From Candidatus Hecatella orcuttiae (GTDB taxonomy: Archaea > Thermoproteota > Bathyarchaeia > Hecatellales > Hecatellaceae): a DNA stretch of 64,000 bases. The notes under the pieces are model-generated. The model was not told the origin of the DNA, did no database searches, and saw only the letters and a program-made list of their open reading frames with translations. The stretch is taken from assembly GCA_002011035.2 (NCBI GenBank), contig MTLY02000001.1:416001-480000 (forward strand). The letters run 5' to 3'. Position 1 is the first letter of the stretch; each line of letters starts with the position of its first letter. Shown here piece by piece: positions 1 through 9,552 of the stretch. Both the position numbers and the translations under genes were made by a program.

Positions 1-1
1 G

Positions 2-1207
2 TGGTTTTTGGTGTACTTTTTTTTGTTATTTTTGTCAGTTTATGGTTTCATGTCGAGGAGGGAGACAGAGGATGAGGCTAAAAGTTTTGCGATAGTTGCT
101 ATAGTGTCGCTTATATTAGCTACAGGTATCTCTACTGCTTATTTTTCGAAATTCTTTCTTTTTTTGTTTGAAAATTTCTTCTTTTTAAAAGCATTCAGAG
201 ACTCGCATAAATTTGTTGTTCTACTAGCTTTGGCGTACTCGTTTCTTGGCGGTTTAGGGGTTGGGGAATTGGCGAGTGCTCTAAAACGTAGAAGCCTTGG
301 GCGTAAGGAAAATTCTTTACAGGTTAAGAAGGCTTTGGGCATATTGCTGATATTTCTAGTTTTAGCTGCACCCTTCATTTATTCCGCCAATATGCTTTTT
401 GGTTTGGGAAATAACTTAAAAGTGGTCGATTATCCGGAGGAGTGGTATGAGGTTAACGAGTATTTTAAGGCTCAAGAAGAAGATTTTAAGGTTCTATTTT
501 TACCTTGGCACCAGTATATGTGGTTAACTTGGGTGGGAAGGATCGTAGGGAATCCAGCGGACATCTTTTTTGATAAACCTATCATTCGGGGAAAAAACAT
601 AGAAGTGGGCCCTATAGAAACGCAATCAACGGAGCTCGACCAACGATATATACATTTTCTGTTAAATAAACGAGACCAGCTCACGAATTTTGGGGAGCTC
701 ATGGCGCCATTAAATGTAAAGTATATTATCTTAGTGAAGGAAGTTGATTACAAGGATTATGATTTCCTATACAAGCAAAAAGACTTAGCTGTGGTTATAG
801 ATAATTCGCATTTAACACTTTTTGAGAACCTACATGAGACACATAAGTTTTATACAGTCGATGACGAGCCTAGTTTTCAGAATTGGAACCAACTTTTAGA
901 TCATTCGTTTAGGCAAGTGGAGGCTAAGCCTGTTAAATTTGAAAAGGTATCGCCGGCGGAATACAGAGTCTGGGGCATCACAGGCAAATATCTTATTTTT
1001 GCTCAGCCTTTTGACGGGGGTTGGAGATTTAACGGTCGCCCACCAAAACCCTACATGGATCTCACGAACGTGTTTGAGGTTAAGGGTGAAAATGAGGGGA
1101 GGATATACTATGAAAACATGAACTTCATGTTTACGGCGTATTCCATCTCGGCGACTAGCTGTTTCATAGTCTTGATGTTATCCATAGTTAATAGGAAAAG
1201 AAAATAG
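2..1207 (+). CDS. YfhO/AftD-like GT-C-fold polytopic membrane protein (5'-partial)
   Basis: Frame is open back to the window edge. N-terminal TM helices, FRDSHKF loop, 'EDFKVLFLPW', 'LAPLNVKYIIL' and C-terminal 'KVSPAEYRV..LIFAQPFDGGW' plus a final TM helix. Same architecture as 13960-17721. Confidence 0.6.
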   Translation, partial: WFLVYFFLLFLSVYGFMSRRETEDEAKSFAIVAIVSLILATGISTAYFSKFFLFLFENFFFLKAFRDSHKFVVLLALAYSFLGGLGVGELASALKRRSLGRKENSLQVKKALGILLIFLVLAAPFIYSANMLFGLGNNLKVVDYPEEWYEVNEYFKAQEEDFKVLFLPWHQYMWLTWVGRIVGNPADIFFDKPIIRGKNIEVGPIETQSTELDQRYIHFLLNKRDQLTNFGELMAPLNVKYIILVKEVDYKDYDFLYKQKDLAVVIDNSHLTLFENLHETHKFYTVDDEPSFQNWNQLLDHSFRQVEAKPVKFEKVSPAEYRVWGITGKYLIFAQPFDGGWRFNGRPPKPYMDLTNVFEVKGENEGRIYYENMNFMFTAYSISATSCFIVLMLSIVNRKRK

Positions 1208-1341
1208 AATATTTACGATAGATAATCTCAACACATTGAAGCTGCGAAGAGTACAGCAAAGCAGATGCTTAACCATGAGCAACCTCAGTGTTGAAAGACA
1301 GCGCAGGCTAATACAACTAACTTCAAGGATTTCTTAGCACT

Positions 1342-2988
1342 TTAATCAGATGTTTTTACTGAATATGCGGAATCCATGTTTAAAATTTTCCTTATAATCT
1401 TAGAAGCTATGCCGGAACCTTTGAGTGCTGCTTCAATCTTGCTGAACATGTATTTTCCACCTGGTATCAGCTTACAGATAAACTGAACATCTTGAAGGTT
1501 TAGAACTTTCATCACGGAAAGAGCAAGTATATAAATTATGAGGGCGAAGATTAAATAAAACGGTAAGAATATTATGTGAAAGTCTGTAAAAAGAGCAACA
1601 GGATATAATGCCGAAGCCATGATGAGGGAGGAGAAAAGACCTTTACCCATTGTTTTCCAATCTAAAGATGCTGCCAGAACCTCGGAACTTGCTCGATAAA
1701 ATAAAAACAACATAACTCCGTACATTACGGAGCGGCCTAAAGCTGCCCCAGGCATGCCCAATACGGGTATGAGACCTATAGAGACAAAGAATTCGACGAT
1801 TATGCTGAAAGTAAATATTAACATAACCTTCACCGTTTTACCTAAAGCGATCAGCGCAGATATCAGAGCTACGGAGATGCCGTAGGTTGCTATACCTAAG
1901 CAAAGTATCGTGAGAAGCATGGCAGCCTCGCTATACGCCTTACCGGCTAAAACGTATATTGCTGTAGGCGATAAAACAGCCAGACCGAGTGCAATCGGCA
2001 AGAAGAATAAAGCGATATAACGACAGATTGCAGTTAAAGTGCTGGAAACTTTCGCTGCACCAGTTCGTCCATCTATTTCACTTAAGCTGGGTATTAAGGT
2101 TGCGAGTATGGGGGTTGCAAAAATTGCTGTAACAAATGTTGAGGCAGTTATAGCAACTGTATAGATGCCTAAAGCTTTAACATCTAAAAAAGCAAGCACC
2201 ACAAAGCTGTCAATTGAGTTGGACACAGAGTTAGCTAGAAAATAACCCATCATCGGAAGAGAAAAAACCAAAAGCGACTTCAAGGTCAGGGGAGGTGAAT
2301 TGTTAAGAGAATTAAATCTTCTTATCCTTAAGAGACCTTTTACGATAAAAGGTAGAGCAATTAATATTGTTACTAATGGAAAAAATATGTAACCTAAAAA
2401 AATAGCGGCCACACCTAAACCCAGTAGGAGAAGCCAAACCGAGAAGCTAATTCTGACTATTTGAGATAGAAGCTTAGCAACTGCTAAAATTGTAAAATTT
2501 CGAAGCCCCTGTATGAATCCTAAGAAAATCGTCGCTATAATGCTTAAAAGAATCGTTACTGAAGCTATTTGCAATATATAAAAATATTGAGGTGTACCAA
2601 ATAGAATGTTAGATAGAATATCCGAGATAAAAAAGAAAAATAAACCTAATCCTAACGCCAATATCAGTGAAATCATAAGTATATGTTTGAAAGTTTGAAA
2701 CACGTTGCTATAATCTCGATTGCCGTAAAAATATGGAATAAAACGGGAAGCTGCTGTCTCCAAACCAAGACGGCCAACGATACCGACGATAGAGGAAACC
2801 AGCATAACTGCCCCGTAGATGCCCATTTCCTCATGTGTGATAACTCTAGCCATGAACACGAAGAAGAAGCCACCGATCAACGTGGTGATAGTACTCTCAA
2901 ACATTAAGATCCCTGTTCCTCTAGCTGCCCTAAGCAAAGTCGAGTCTTCGGTCATTAGCTGATTTTCACCGTAGGTCTTAACCACCAA
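1342..2988 (-). CDS. Oligosaccharide flippase (Wzx/MOP superfamily)
   Basis: About 12-14 hydrophobic segments, 'EEMGIYG', 'GLETAASRFIP', 'LGIYTVA', 'LIPVLGMPGAALG'. Lies in a glycosyltransferase cluster. The start may be the ATG at 2955. Confidence 0.85.
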   Translation of the reverse strand: MVVKTYGENQLMTEDSTLLRAARGTGILMFESTITTLIGGFFFVFMARVITHEEMGIYGAVMLVSSIVGIVGRLGLETAASRFIPYFYGNRDYSNVFQTFKHILMISLILALGLGLFFFFISDILSNILFGTPQYFYILQIASVTILLSIIATIFLGFIQGLRNFTILAVAKLLSQIVRISFSVWLLLLGLGVAAIFLGYIFFPLVTILIALPFIVKGLLRIRRFNSLNNSPPLTLKSLLVFSLPMMGYFLANSVSNSIDSFVVLAFLDVKALGIYTVAITASTFVTAIFATPILATLIPSLSEIDGRTGAAKVSSTLTAICRYIALFFLPIALGLAVLSPTAIYVLAGKAYSEAAMLLTILCLGIATYGISVALISALIALGKTVKVMLIFTFSIIVEFFVSIGLIPVLGMPGAALGRSVMYGVMLFLFYRASSEVLAASLDWKTMGKGLFSSLIMASALYPVALFTDFHIIFLPFYLIFALIIYILALSVMKVLNLQDVQFICKLIPGGKYMFSKIEAALKGSGIASKIIRKILNMDSAYSVKTSD

Positions 2989-3017
2989 TTAAGAGGGAAA
3001 GTTATTTGGTTACCCTG

Positions 3018-4067
3018 TTAAAAAACTCTTTGTCTTAAATTTTTATATAATTCACCAATAAAGGAATGAAATACGACATTAGCTAAGGTGAATGGAAGAC
3101 TTAAAGGTTCCATAGATACTTTAACGTTTATAGTTTTTGGAAGCGCCTTAACTAAAACCCCTAGGGGAATAGTATATGGAAACTGGATGATGTTTTGAGG
3201 GGATAAACCGTGATAAAGCAGATTTTTGATTTCGCGCAACAGTGACATTACTAAAAAAAATTCTTTATTCCATCCGTATTTTTCTGTTTCCTCCCTTAAA
3301 ATACCGAAATCTACACCATTTTTCAACAGAGAATTGATATATATAAAGTCAAGAAGGTTAATTTTTCTATCCGTGAAGAAAGAGCTGGCAAGTATGGATA
3401 AAAGGTCTGCTTCACGGCTTGGAATCAGACAGTCAATACCGTGAAACTCTATCAGGCGAGGTCTTTTCCACATAAACTCTTCATCTAAAACAGGTAACCA
3501 CCACAATAATCCTTTATACATATCTATATCCAACAAATTTTTTGGTCGATAACCTGGGAATGCTAAACGCAACTTTAAGAGTATATTCAGAAAACGTCCA
3601 TCTGTTTTTAAAGCTCCTTTATTTTCCATATTACGCATCGCCTCGCCAAAAGTAGCTTCTCGCAACAAGATGTCTATGTCAAAAGTGCTGTAAGGTAAAC
3701 CTTTAAACGTTTTTATAAGTAGAAAATCAATACCTTCTGCCGCAAATGATGAACGTAGAAATTCGACGGTAACCTTAGCTTTAGCTATATTTTTTTCACC
3801 CAATCTTATCTCAGCCCGAATAAGTTCGGTAACTAGTTCTGGTCTATCTTCTGCTATCCGTTTAGAAAAATAGTAAGATAACTTATTTTCTCTAGCCACT
3901 TGAAGCGCTTCGTTCACGTTGAATCTTTGTTTCTTAATATTTTCTGATTTTTCTAATATATCAGGATTATATTTTCGATATTCGTCGTCAACAAAATATA
4001 AAATTAAGGAGAGAAGCTTATTGGATTTTTCAAAGCTCTCTATATTTTTTGGCAGGCGAGATTTCAC
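3018..4067 (-). CDS. Uncharacterised nucleotidyltransferase-family protein (NTP_transf_5-like)
   Basis: 'GIDFLLIKT..PYSTFDIDILL' DxD motif, a third acidic strand 'LDIDMY', and 'IPSREADLL'. Confidence 0.65.
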   Translation of the reverse strand: MKSRLPKNIESFEKSNKLLSLILYFVDDEYRKYNPDILEKSENIKKQRFNVNEALQVARENKLSYYFSKRIAEDRPELVTELIRAEIRLGEKNIAKAKVTVEFLRSSFAAEGIDFLLIKTFKGLPYSTFDIDILLREATFGEAMRNMENKGALKTDGRFLNILLKLRLAFPGYRPKNLLDIDMYKGLLWWLPVLDEEFMWKRPRLIEFHGIDCLIPSREADLLSILASSFFTDRKINLLDFIYINSLLKNGVDFGILREETEKYGWNKEFFLVMSLLREIKNLLYHGLSPQNIIQFPYTIPLGVLVKALPKTINVKVSMEPLSLPFTLANVVFHSFIGELYKNLRQRVF

Positions 4068-4113
4068 CTATTTTGTTTAAGTTAGATTTTTAACTGATAT
4101 ATTTACTTATTTA

Positions 4114-4791
4114 TTACTTATATTTACTTATAAGTTTCGTTACGTAATTGAGAATTATGGAGTTTACTTTATTAATATCCGAGTTTGTACCAATTACGAT
4201 AAGCTTCCGAGGGTCTAGTTTTTTTATGAGACTTAAATATGATTGTCGGTATTTCACGTAAAAATCTATGGAGGCTTCTTTTTTCCGCCAATATGCTGTA
4301 TTGGGGGAAACGTCGAGTAAAAAGGTCATGTCAGGCGTCGGAATTAAATGCAGATAACATTTTATTAACCATTCGGGACAGACACTCATATAGTTGACTA
4401 TGTGGTCGTAAAAGTACCTATCGTATATGAGAAGAAGATCATGTCTGTGAGGTCTACATTCTATTATGTAGCCGATAAGAGCTTGTATAAATGCAACAAA
4501 AGATAAAAGGATCATAATAATCTTCAATTTCAGAGAACTTTTAACTGGGGATTTACATAAAGTATCCTGCCCTGTCATGTAGGAGAAATGGTTTTGTAGA
4601 CGGGTTCGTAGATTGGAAGGTATATAATTTAATAGGCTATAGGTGTGATGGATATATTTACAATCCAATCCATTAGATTGCATTTTTTCGAATAAGTTTA
4701 CTGCGTGAGTTGTTTTACCGCAGCCATCCATACCAATGAAGCATACTAGCACCCGACACAATTTTCTTTCACATACTAACGTTAAACTCAT
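4114..4791 (-). CDS. Thymidylate-kinase-like P-loop kinase
   Basis: Walker A 'FIGMDGCGKTT', 'IYDRYFYD' and 'PDMTFLLDVSP..AYWRK'. Has an internal hydrophobic segment that canonical Tmk lacks. Confidence 0.75.
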   Translation of the reverse strand: MSLTLVCERKLCRVLVCFIGMDGCGKTTHAVNLFEKMQSNGLDCKYIHHTYSLLNYIPSNLRTRLQNHFSYMTGQDTLCKSPVKSSLKLKIIMILLSFVAFIQALIGYIIECRPHRHDLLLIYDRYFYDHIVNYMSVCPEWLIKCYLHLIPTPDMTFLLDVSPNTAYWRKKEASIDFYVKYRQSYLSLIKKLDPRKLIVIGTNSDINKVNSIILNYVTKLISKYK

Positions 4792-4918
4792 ACTGGTTGG
4801 TTGATATGTTAATAGTGCTTTATATAAAATTGATGAGGAGATTGCTGATGATAAGTTAAAAGGAATACATGCATTAAGGTCATTATTTCCTTATTTATTT
4901 AGAAAACTGTTAAAGAAT

Positions 4919-5686
4919 TTAAGGAAGAACTTTAGCAATAGCGGTCACATGCCAAGTTCTTTCACTTGGCTCGACATTCAAATTAAGAAATTCACAAAAT
5001 TTTAGAAGCTGAAAACCTGTCTCTTTTAAATAATGATTTATTTCCTCTGGAAAATAAAATCTGACTACATGTTTTTCTTTTCCGTCATATATTATAAGAT
5101 TCTCCTTAATGACTACAAAATAGTATTCTACCTCGCAAATGTGATGAAACGTATCTAACTGCGGGTCAGCAAAACGAATTACTTTTATACCATCTTTTTC
5201 CACAATTTTCACTCTTGAAGTAGGGCGAATAATTAAAACTGCAGGGCCATACCAGAAATCGAAAATAAACAGAGAGCCAGTTTTAAGGTGCCTTTTAATT
5301 TTAAGCAGAACGCCTAAAAGTTCATCACCTGCAATCACATAGTTGAGAACAGAAAACATGCAAATGCAAGCATCGAATTTTTTATTCAATTTTAATTCAC
5401 GTAAATCCATCACATTAAAATTTATTTCAACATGATTTTTGTTTGCCTTTTCTTTAGCGATTTTAATCATTTTTTCCGATAAATCTATCCCAGTTACTTT
5501 GTAGCCTCTTTTCGCTAACAAAATAGCATGATTTCCTGTTCCGCATCCTGCATCAAGTATTGTTTTTGGCATTGGATTTGAATAGCGCTTAAAAATTTCC
5601 TCTAAGAAGTCACATTCTTTCTCGTAGTTTTTGTCCAAGTAAATTATGTCATAAAAATTTCCGTAAGACTGAAAAATATCATTCAT
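4919..5686 (-). CDS. Class I SAM methyltransferase, TylM1/DesVI-like (candidate NDP-aminosugar N-methyltransferase)
   Basis: 'YDIIYLDKNYEKECDFL', motif I 'ILDAGCGTGNH', 'FDACICMFSVLNY'. ATG at 5686 preferred because it avoids overlap with the upstream gene. Confidence 0.75.
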   Translation of the reverse strand: MNDIFQSYGNFYDIIYLDKNYEKECDFLEEIFKRYSNPMPKTILDAGCGTGNHAILLAKRGYKVTGIDLSEKMIKIAKEKANKNHVEINFNVMDLRELKLNKKFDACICMFSVLNYVIAGDELLGVLLKIKRHLKTGSLFIFDFWYGPAVLIIRPTSRVKIVEKDGIKVIRFADPQLDTFHHICEVEYYFVVIKENLIIYDGKEKHVVRFYFPEEINHYLKETGFQLLKFCEFLNLNVEPSERTWHVTAIAKVLP

Positions 5687-5696
5687 CTCGAAGTAC

Positions 5697-6680
5697 CTAT
5701 ACGAGTCTTTCCCAAGTCCAATGTTTTCCATTTTCTATGTACCATTCTATAGTACGCTTGAGCCCCTCTCGAATGTCAACCTCAGGTTCCCAGTTAATAT
5801 AGGTTTTTGCCTTTGAGTAATCGCATTGTAGCAGAGTAACATCTCGTGGCCTTAACCTCAAGTTTTCAATCTCTATTTTGATATCATCATAACCAATCAG
5901 ATTTCCTACTAGATAAGCGATTTCTTTGATAGAGTAAGTTTTGTTTGAACCTAGGTTAATTATCTCTCCATCAGGAATCTCTGCTTCCATTACATTCACG
6001 GCACCTTTTGCTATATCTTCGACATACGTGAAATCTCTCTTTGCATTTACGTTTCCAAGCTTAACAACGTTTCCTCTTGACAGTTGGGAAACGATTTCGG
6101 GTATGACATAAGGCTGAGTTTCTCTAGGTCCATAACAGTTGAAAGGCCGAAGGATTATGACGGGAATGTTATGCTCGTAATGGAAAACGAAACAGAGTCT
6201 ATCGGCAGCAAGCTTACTGACAGCATAAGTTGACAAAGGTAGTGTTGGGTGTTTCTCGTCCATAGGTACGTATTGGGCAGTTCCGTAAACTTCAGAGCTA
6301 GAGAAATGTACAATACGTTCGACATCTAACGTCTTACAAGCCATAAGAACATTCATGGTGCCCTTTACGTTCACGTCGAAAAATTTTTCAGGATTGTCAT
6401 AACAGTATGGTATAAAGGGTTCCGCTGCTAAGTGAAAGACATATTTTACTTTATGTTTCTTTATCGTGTCATATATTTTCCAGCTTAATATATCAGCATT
6501 TATGATCTGTATCGATTCATGTATTTCACTTAGGTTAGACTTATCACCATAGAGAAAATTATCATAAACAATTACATTTGCTCCTTTTTTCAATAATTCT
6601 CTTGTTAATGCTGAACCTATAAAGCCGGCACCACCTGTAACTAAGACTTTTTCTCCCTCAATATTATTAACGATCATCAA
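5697..6680 (-). CDS. NDP-sugar 4,6-dehydratase/epimerase (extended SDR)
   Basis: 'VLVTGGAGFIGS', 'HLAA', 'SSSEVYG', YxxxK 'YAVSK', 'LRPFNCYGPR', 'RDFTYVED'. Confidence 0.9.
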   Translation of the reverse strand: MMIVNNIEGEKVLVTGGAGFIGSALTRELLKKGANVIVYDNFLYGDKSNLSEIHESIQIINADILSWKIYDTIKKHKVKYVFHLAAEPFIPYCYDNPEKFFDVNVKGTMNVLMACKTLDVERIVHFSSSEVYGTAQYVPMDEKHPTLPLSTYAVSKLAADRLCFVFHYEHNIPVIILRPFNCYGPRETQPYVIPEIVSQLSRGNVVKLGNVNAKRDFTYVEDIAKGAVNVMEAEIPDGEIINLGSNKTYSIKEIAYLVGNLIGYDDIKIEIENLRLRPRDVTLLQCDYSKAKTYINWEPEVDIREGLKRTIEWYIENGKHWTWERLV

Positions 6681-6769
6681 TTATTTTTCCTACCGTTTTA
6701 GTTTATTGTTAATTGGTTCAATTTTTCGTCTTCAACTAGATTAATAATTTACTGGGACTCTTTTGACCA

Positions 6770-7891
6770 TTAATGATCTTTTTTAATATCTTTAATCTTA
6801 TTTACAATATATTTAAGCTCTTTTTCTTTGAGTAGGGGGCTACTCGGTAAATAGAATCCGTTTCTTGCGATATAGTTAGCAACTGGACACTCATTACCTT
6901 TGACCCAACCTTTCTGAATAAAAATTTTTTGCAGATTGTAAGGAATGAATGCCTCACGTGTTTCTATACCGTGGTCTTTTAGTTTTTCCATTAGTAAATC
7001 TCTCGTAAAACCAAAGTTTTCACTATGGACCACCACATGGTACATCCAATAGACATTTTTAGCGTAAGATTTTTCGACAGGAAGTTGTAGACCTAGAACA
7101 TCTTTAAGATTTTCGGTATAATAGTGGGCAATGTGACGTTTTTTCTCAATTATTTTATCTATTTTTTTTAGCTGAGCACAGCCAATAGCAGCTTGTATAT
7201 TTGTCATCCTATAATTAAAGCCAATATCTTGATGCATAAATTTATTATTTGCTCCAAAAGCTAGGCTTTTAAGGGTACGAGCTTTATCTGCTATTTCAGA
7301 GTTGTTTGTAGTTAACATGCCTCCTTCTCCAGTAGTGATTATTTTATTTGCGTAAAAACTAAAGCAACCCACATCACCTAAGGAGCCCACTTTTTTCCCT
7401 TTATACGTAGCTCCGTGTGCTTCAGCACAGTCCTCGATAACATATAATCCATATTTTTTAGCGATCTTAAGAACAGGATCCATATCGACAGGATGACCGT
7501 AAATGTGTGCAACTAAAATGGCCTTAGTGCGTTCGCTGATTTTTTCTTCAATTAAAGCTGAGTTAATATTCCAAGTGTCAGGTTCTATGTCGATGGGGAG
7601 AGGTTTAGCATATTGATAGAGAACAGCAAAAAATGTAGCCATATTAGTGAAAGATGAAACTACAATTTCATCTTTTTGTTTGATTCCGAGTGAGGCTAAC
7701 GCTAGATGTAACGCGGCGGTTCCGCTGCTTACAGCAATACCGTAAGAGCATCCCACGTAATGCGAGAATTCTTCTTCAAATTTGCCTATATATTCTCCAT
7801 AAAGGCCTGAAATTTCTCCGCGGGAAATAGCGGAAACAACGTATTCAATTTCTTCTTCGCCCAATAACGGTTTGTATACTGGAATCTTCAT
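6770..7891 (-). CDS. DegT/DnrJ/EryC1/StrS sugar aminotransferase (perosamine-synthase-like)
   Basis: 'VSSGTAALHLAL', 'IEDCAEAHGA', PLP lysine in 'FSFYANKIITTGEGGM', 'GFNYRMTNIQAAIG'. Probable ATG at 7891 (MKIPVYKP). Confidence 0.92.
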   Translation of the reverse strand: MKIPVYKPLLGEEEIEYVVSAISRGEISGLYGEYIGKFEEEFSHYVGCSYGIAVSSGTAALHLALASLGIKQKDEIVVSSFTNMATFFAVLYQYAKPLPIDIEPDTWNINSALIEEKISERTKAILVAHIYGHPVDMDPVLKIAKKYGLYVIEDCAEAHGATYKGKKVGSLGDVGCFSFYANKIITTGEGGMLTTNNSEIADKARTLKSLAFGANNKFMHQDIGFNYRMTNIQAAIGCAQLKKIDKIIEKKRHIAHYYTENLKDVLGLQLPVEKSYAKNVYWMYHVVVHSENFGFTRDLLMEKLKDHGIETREAFIPYNLQKIFIQKGWVKGNECPVANYIARNGFYLPSSPLLKEKELKYIVNKIKDIKKDH

Positions 7892-7892
7892 C

Positions 7893-8285
7893 TTACACTC
7901 TTCCTTCAACCAGTGACTCCGACGCGCCAAGCCTGTAAGTGTCTTTTTCATAATATCGTCCCCCACGAAGCCCCTTCGTTAGGATGAGAAGTTCCGAGTC
8001 TTCCAAAGCGATTAGCGCATGTCTCTCCGTGGGGGGTGTGAAAATCAGGTCTTCAGATTTTACGATTTTAGTTTTAATTTTTCTTCCTGGCATTTGCGTT
8101 AAAAGTTTGAGTTTGCCTTTAAGGACGTAAGTATATTGAATCGATTTCTTATGATAATGATTTCCGCGAACAGTTCCTTTTTTTGACAATATGAATGTAA
8201 CATATTCTATTGGCTCATTTTCTAAGATATCAATTATCTTACCTCTTTCATCTTCAAATACAGGATTTCTTTTGAGTACTTTCAT
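7893..8285 (-). CDS. Cupin, FdtA/QdtA/WxcM-like sugar 3,4-ketoisomerase
   Basis: 'FEDERGKI', 'GTVRGNHYHK', 'PPTERHAL'. Probable ATG at 8285. Confidence 0.75.
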   Translation of the reverse strand: MKVLKRNPVFEDERGKIIDILENEPIEYVTFILSKKGTVRGNHYHKKSIQYTYVLKGKLKLLTQMPGRKIKTKIVKSEDLIFTPPTERHALIALEDSELLILTKGLRGGRYYEKDTYRLGASESLVEGRV

Positions 8286-8316
8286 TTTTTCCAGCCCATA
8301 CGCGTAATAGTTTAAC

Positions 8317-9552
8317 TCAGTTAACAATACGAGGTCTAGGAATAGGAATAATGAATTTACCTCCCGCATCCTCATAATCCTTCAAGTTGTTCATTATTTC
8401 ATCAGCAAAATTCCACGCTAATAGCAATACGTAGTTTGGCATTCTTTTAATTAATTCCGAATCTGGTACAATTGGTATATGGGTTCCTGGCGTATATTTT
8501 CCTATTTTTAAAGTTGATTTTTCGGTGATAAAATCTATCGTATCTGGACCTATTTTACAGTAATTAAGCAGTGTCATTCCTTTTGCTGGCGCGCTTAACC
8601 CAGCAATACATTTACCTTCATGTTTTAGTGACTTTAACATCCATGTAAGTTCTTCTCGGTTACGTTCAACATTTCTCGCAAAATTTATTAAAGTGTCTCT
8701 TTCGTAAAACTTTTTCTCGTTTTTAAGGAATTTATGAACATTTTTAGAAACAGGATAAGTATTTTTTCTTGTTACGAAATAACGTAGTGAACCTCCATGA
8801 ATACTTATTTTTTCGACATCGAATATTTCCATTCTAAACTTATGAAACAGTACGTTCAAAGGTTTAATAGATAAATAGGATAGATGTTCATGGTATATGG
8901 TGTCATATTCTAGTTTTTCTATCAAATCGACTAAGTAAGGGGCCTCAATGATGAATACTCCCTCTTTATCTAGCAATATATCTACCGCCCTTGCTAAGGA
9001 ATGAAGATCATCTATATGAGCGACAACATTTGTTCCGGTTATGATTTTTGCTTTTCCTCTGGTCTTTACAATTTCACTTGCAACTTTTTCGTTAAAAAAG
9101 TCGTTTATAGTTTCGATACCATTTCTTCTGGCTATCTCGCAAATGTTAGGAGCTGGATCAATACCTAATACATTGGCTCCTTGGTTCTTGAAACCTTGTA
9201 GTAGCACACCAACGTTACTCCCAATGTCGATAACTAAATCTCCCGAAGAAAGACTGAATTTCGAGTATGCTGTTTTTGCTAAGGAGTGGAAGTGTTCTCT
9301 ACCAGTTTTGGTAATAGACGACTCATACGGGTAATCTTTTTGGAATAATATTCTTGGTGAAACTACGTAATTAAGTTGAACCAAAGAACAATTGTTACAG
9401 ATAAGGACTTTTAAAGGATACCATGTTTCTGGTCTATTCAACCTATCTGGGGACAAGAAAGCATCTGCCGGAGGAGTAAATCCCAGATCTAAGAACATTG
9501 TTAAGTTCTTATCACGACATATTCTACAAGTCACTTGATAATGGCTTCTCAT
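8317..9552 (-). CDS. NDP-hexose C3-methyltransferase (TylCIII/TcaB9-like, Zn-binding N-terminus)
   Basis: 'CRIC...CNNCSLVQL' zinc site, 'IDIGSNVG', 'YDTIYHEHLSY', 'HGGSLRY', 'APAKGMTLLNYC', 'LLLAWNFADEI'. Confidence 0.88.
   Translation of the reverse strand: MRSHYQVTCRICRDKNLTMFLDLGFTPPADAFLSPDRLNRPETWYPLKVLICNNCSLVQLNYVVSPRILFQKDYPYESSITKTGREHFHSLAKTAYSKFSLSSGDLVIDIGSNVGVLLQGFKNQGANVLGIDPAPNICEIARRNGIETINDFFNEKVASEIVKTRGKAKIITGTNVVAHIDDLHSLARAVDILLDKEGVFIIEAPYLVDLIEKLEYDTIYHEHLSYLSIKPLNVLFHKFRMEIFDVEKISIHGGSLRYFVTRKNTYPVSKNVHKFLKNEKKFYERDTLINFARNVERNREELTWMLKSLKHEGKCIAGLSAPAKGMTLLNYCKIGPDTIDFITEKSTLKIGKYTPGTHIPIVPDSELIKRMPNYVLLLAWNFADEIMNNLKDYEDAGGKFIIPIPRPRIVN

Noticed and set aside
4805-5004. 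Stop-free plus-strand stretch reading YVNSALYKIDEEIADDKLKG...
   Set aside because: No start codon, overlaps the 3' end of the methyltransferase antisense, and doubles as the promoter region of the kinase gene.
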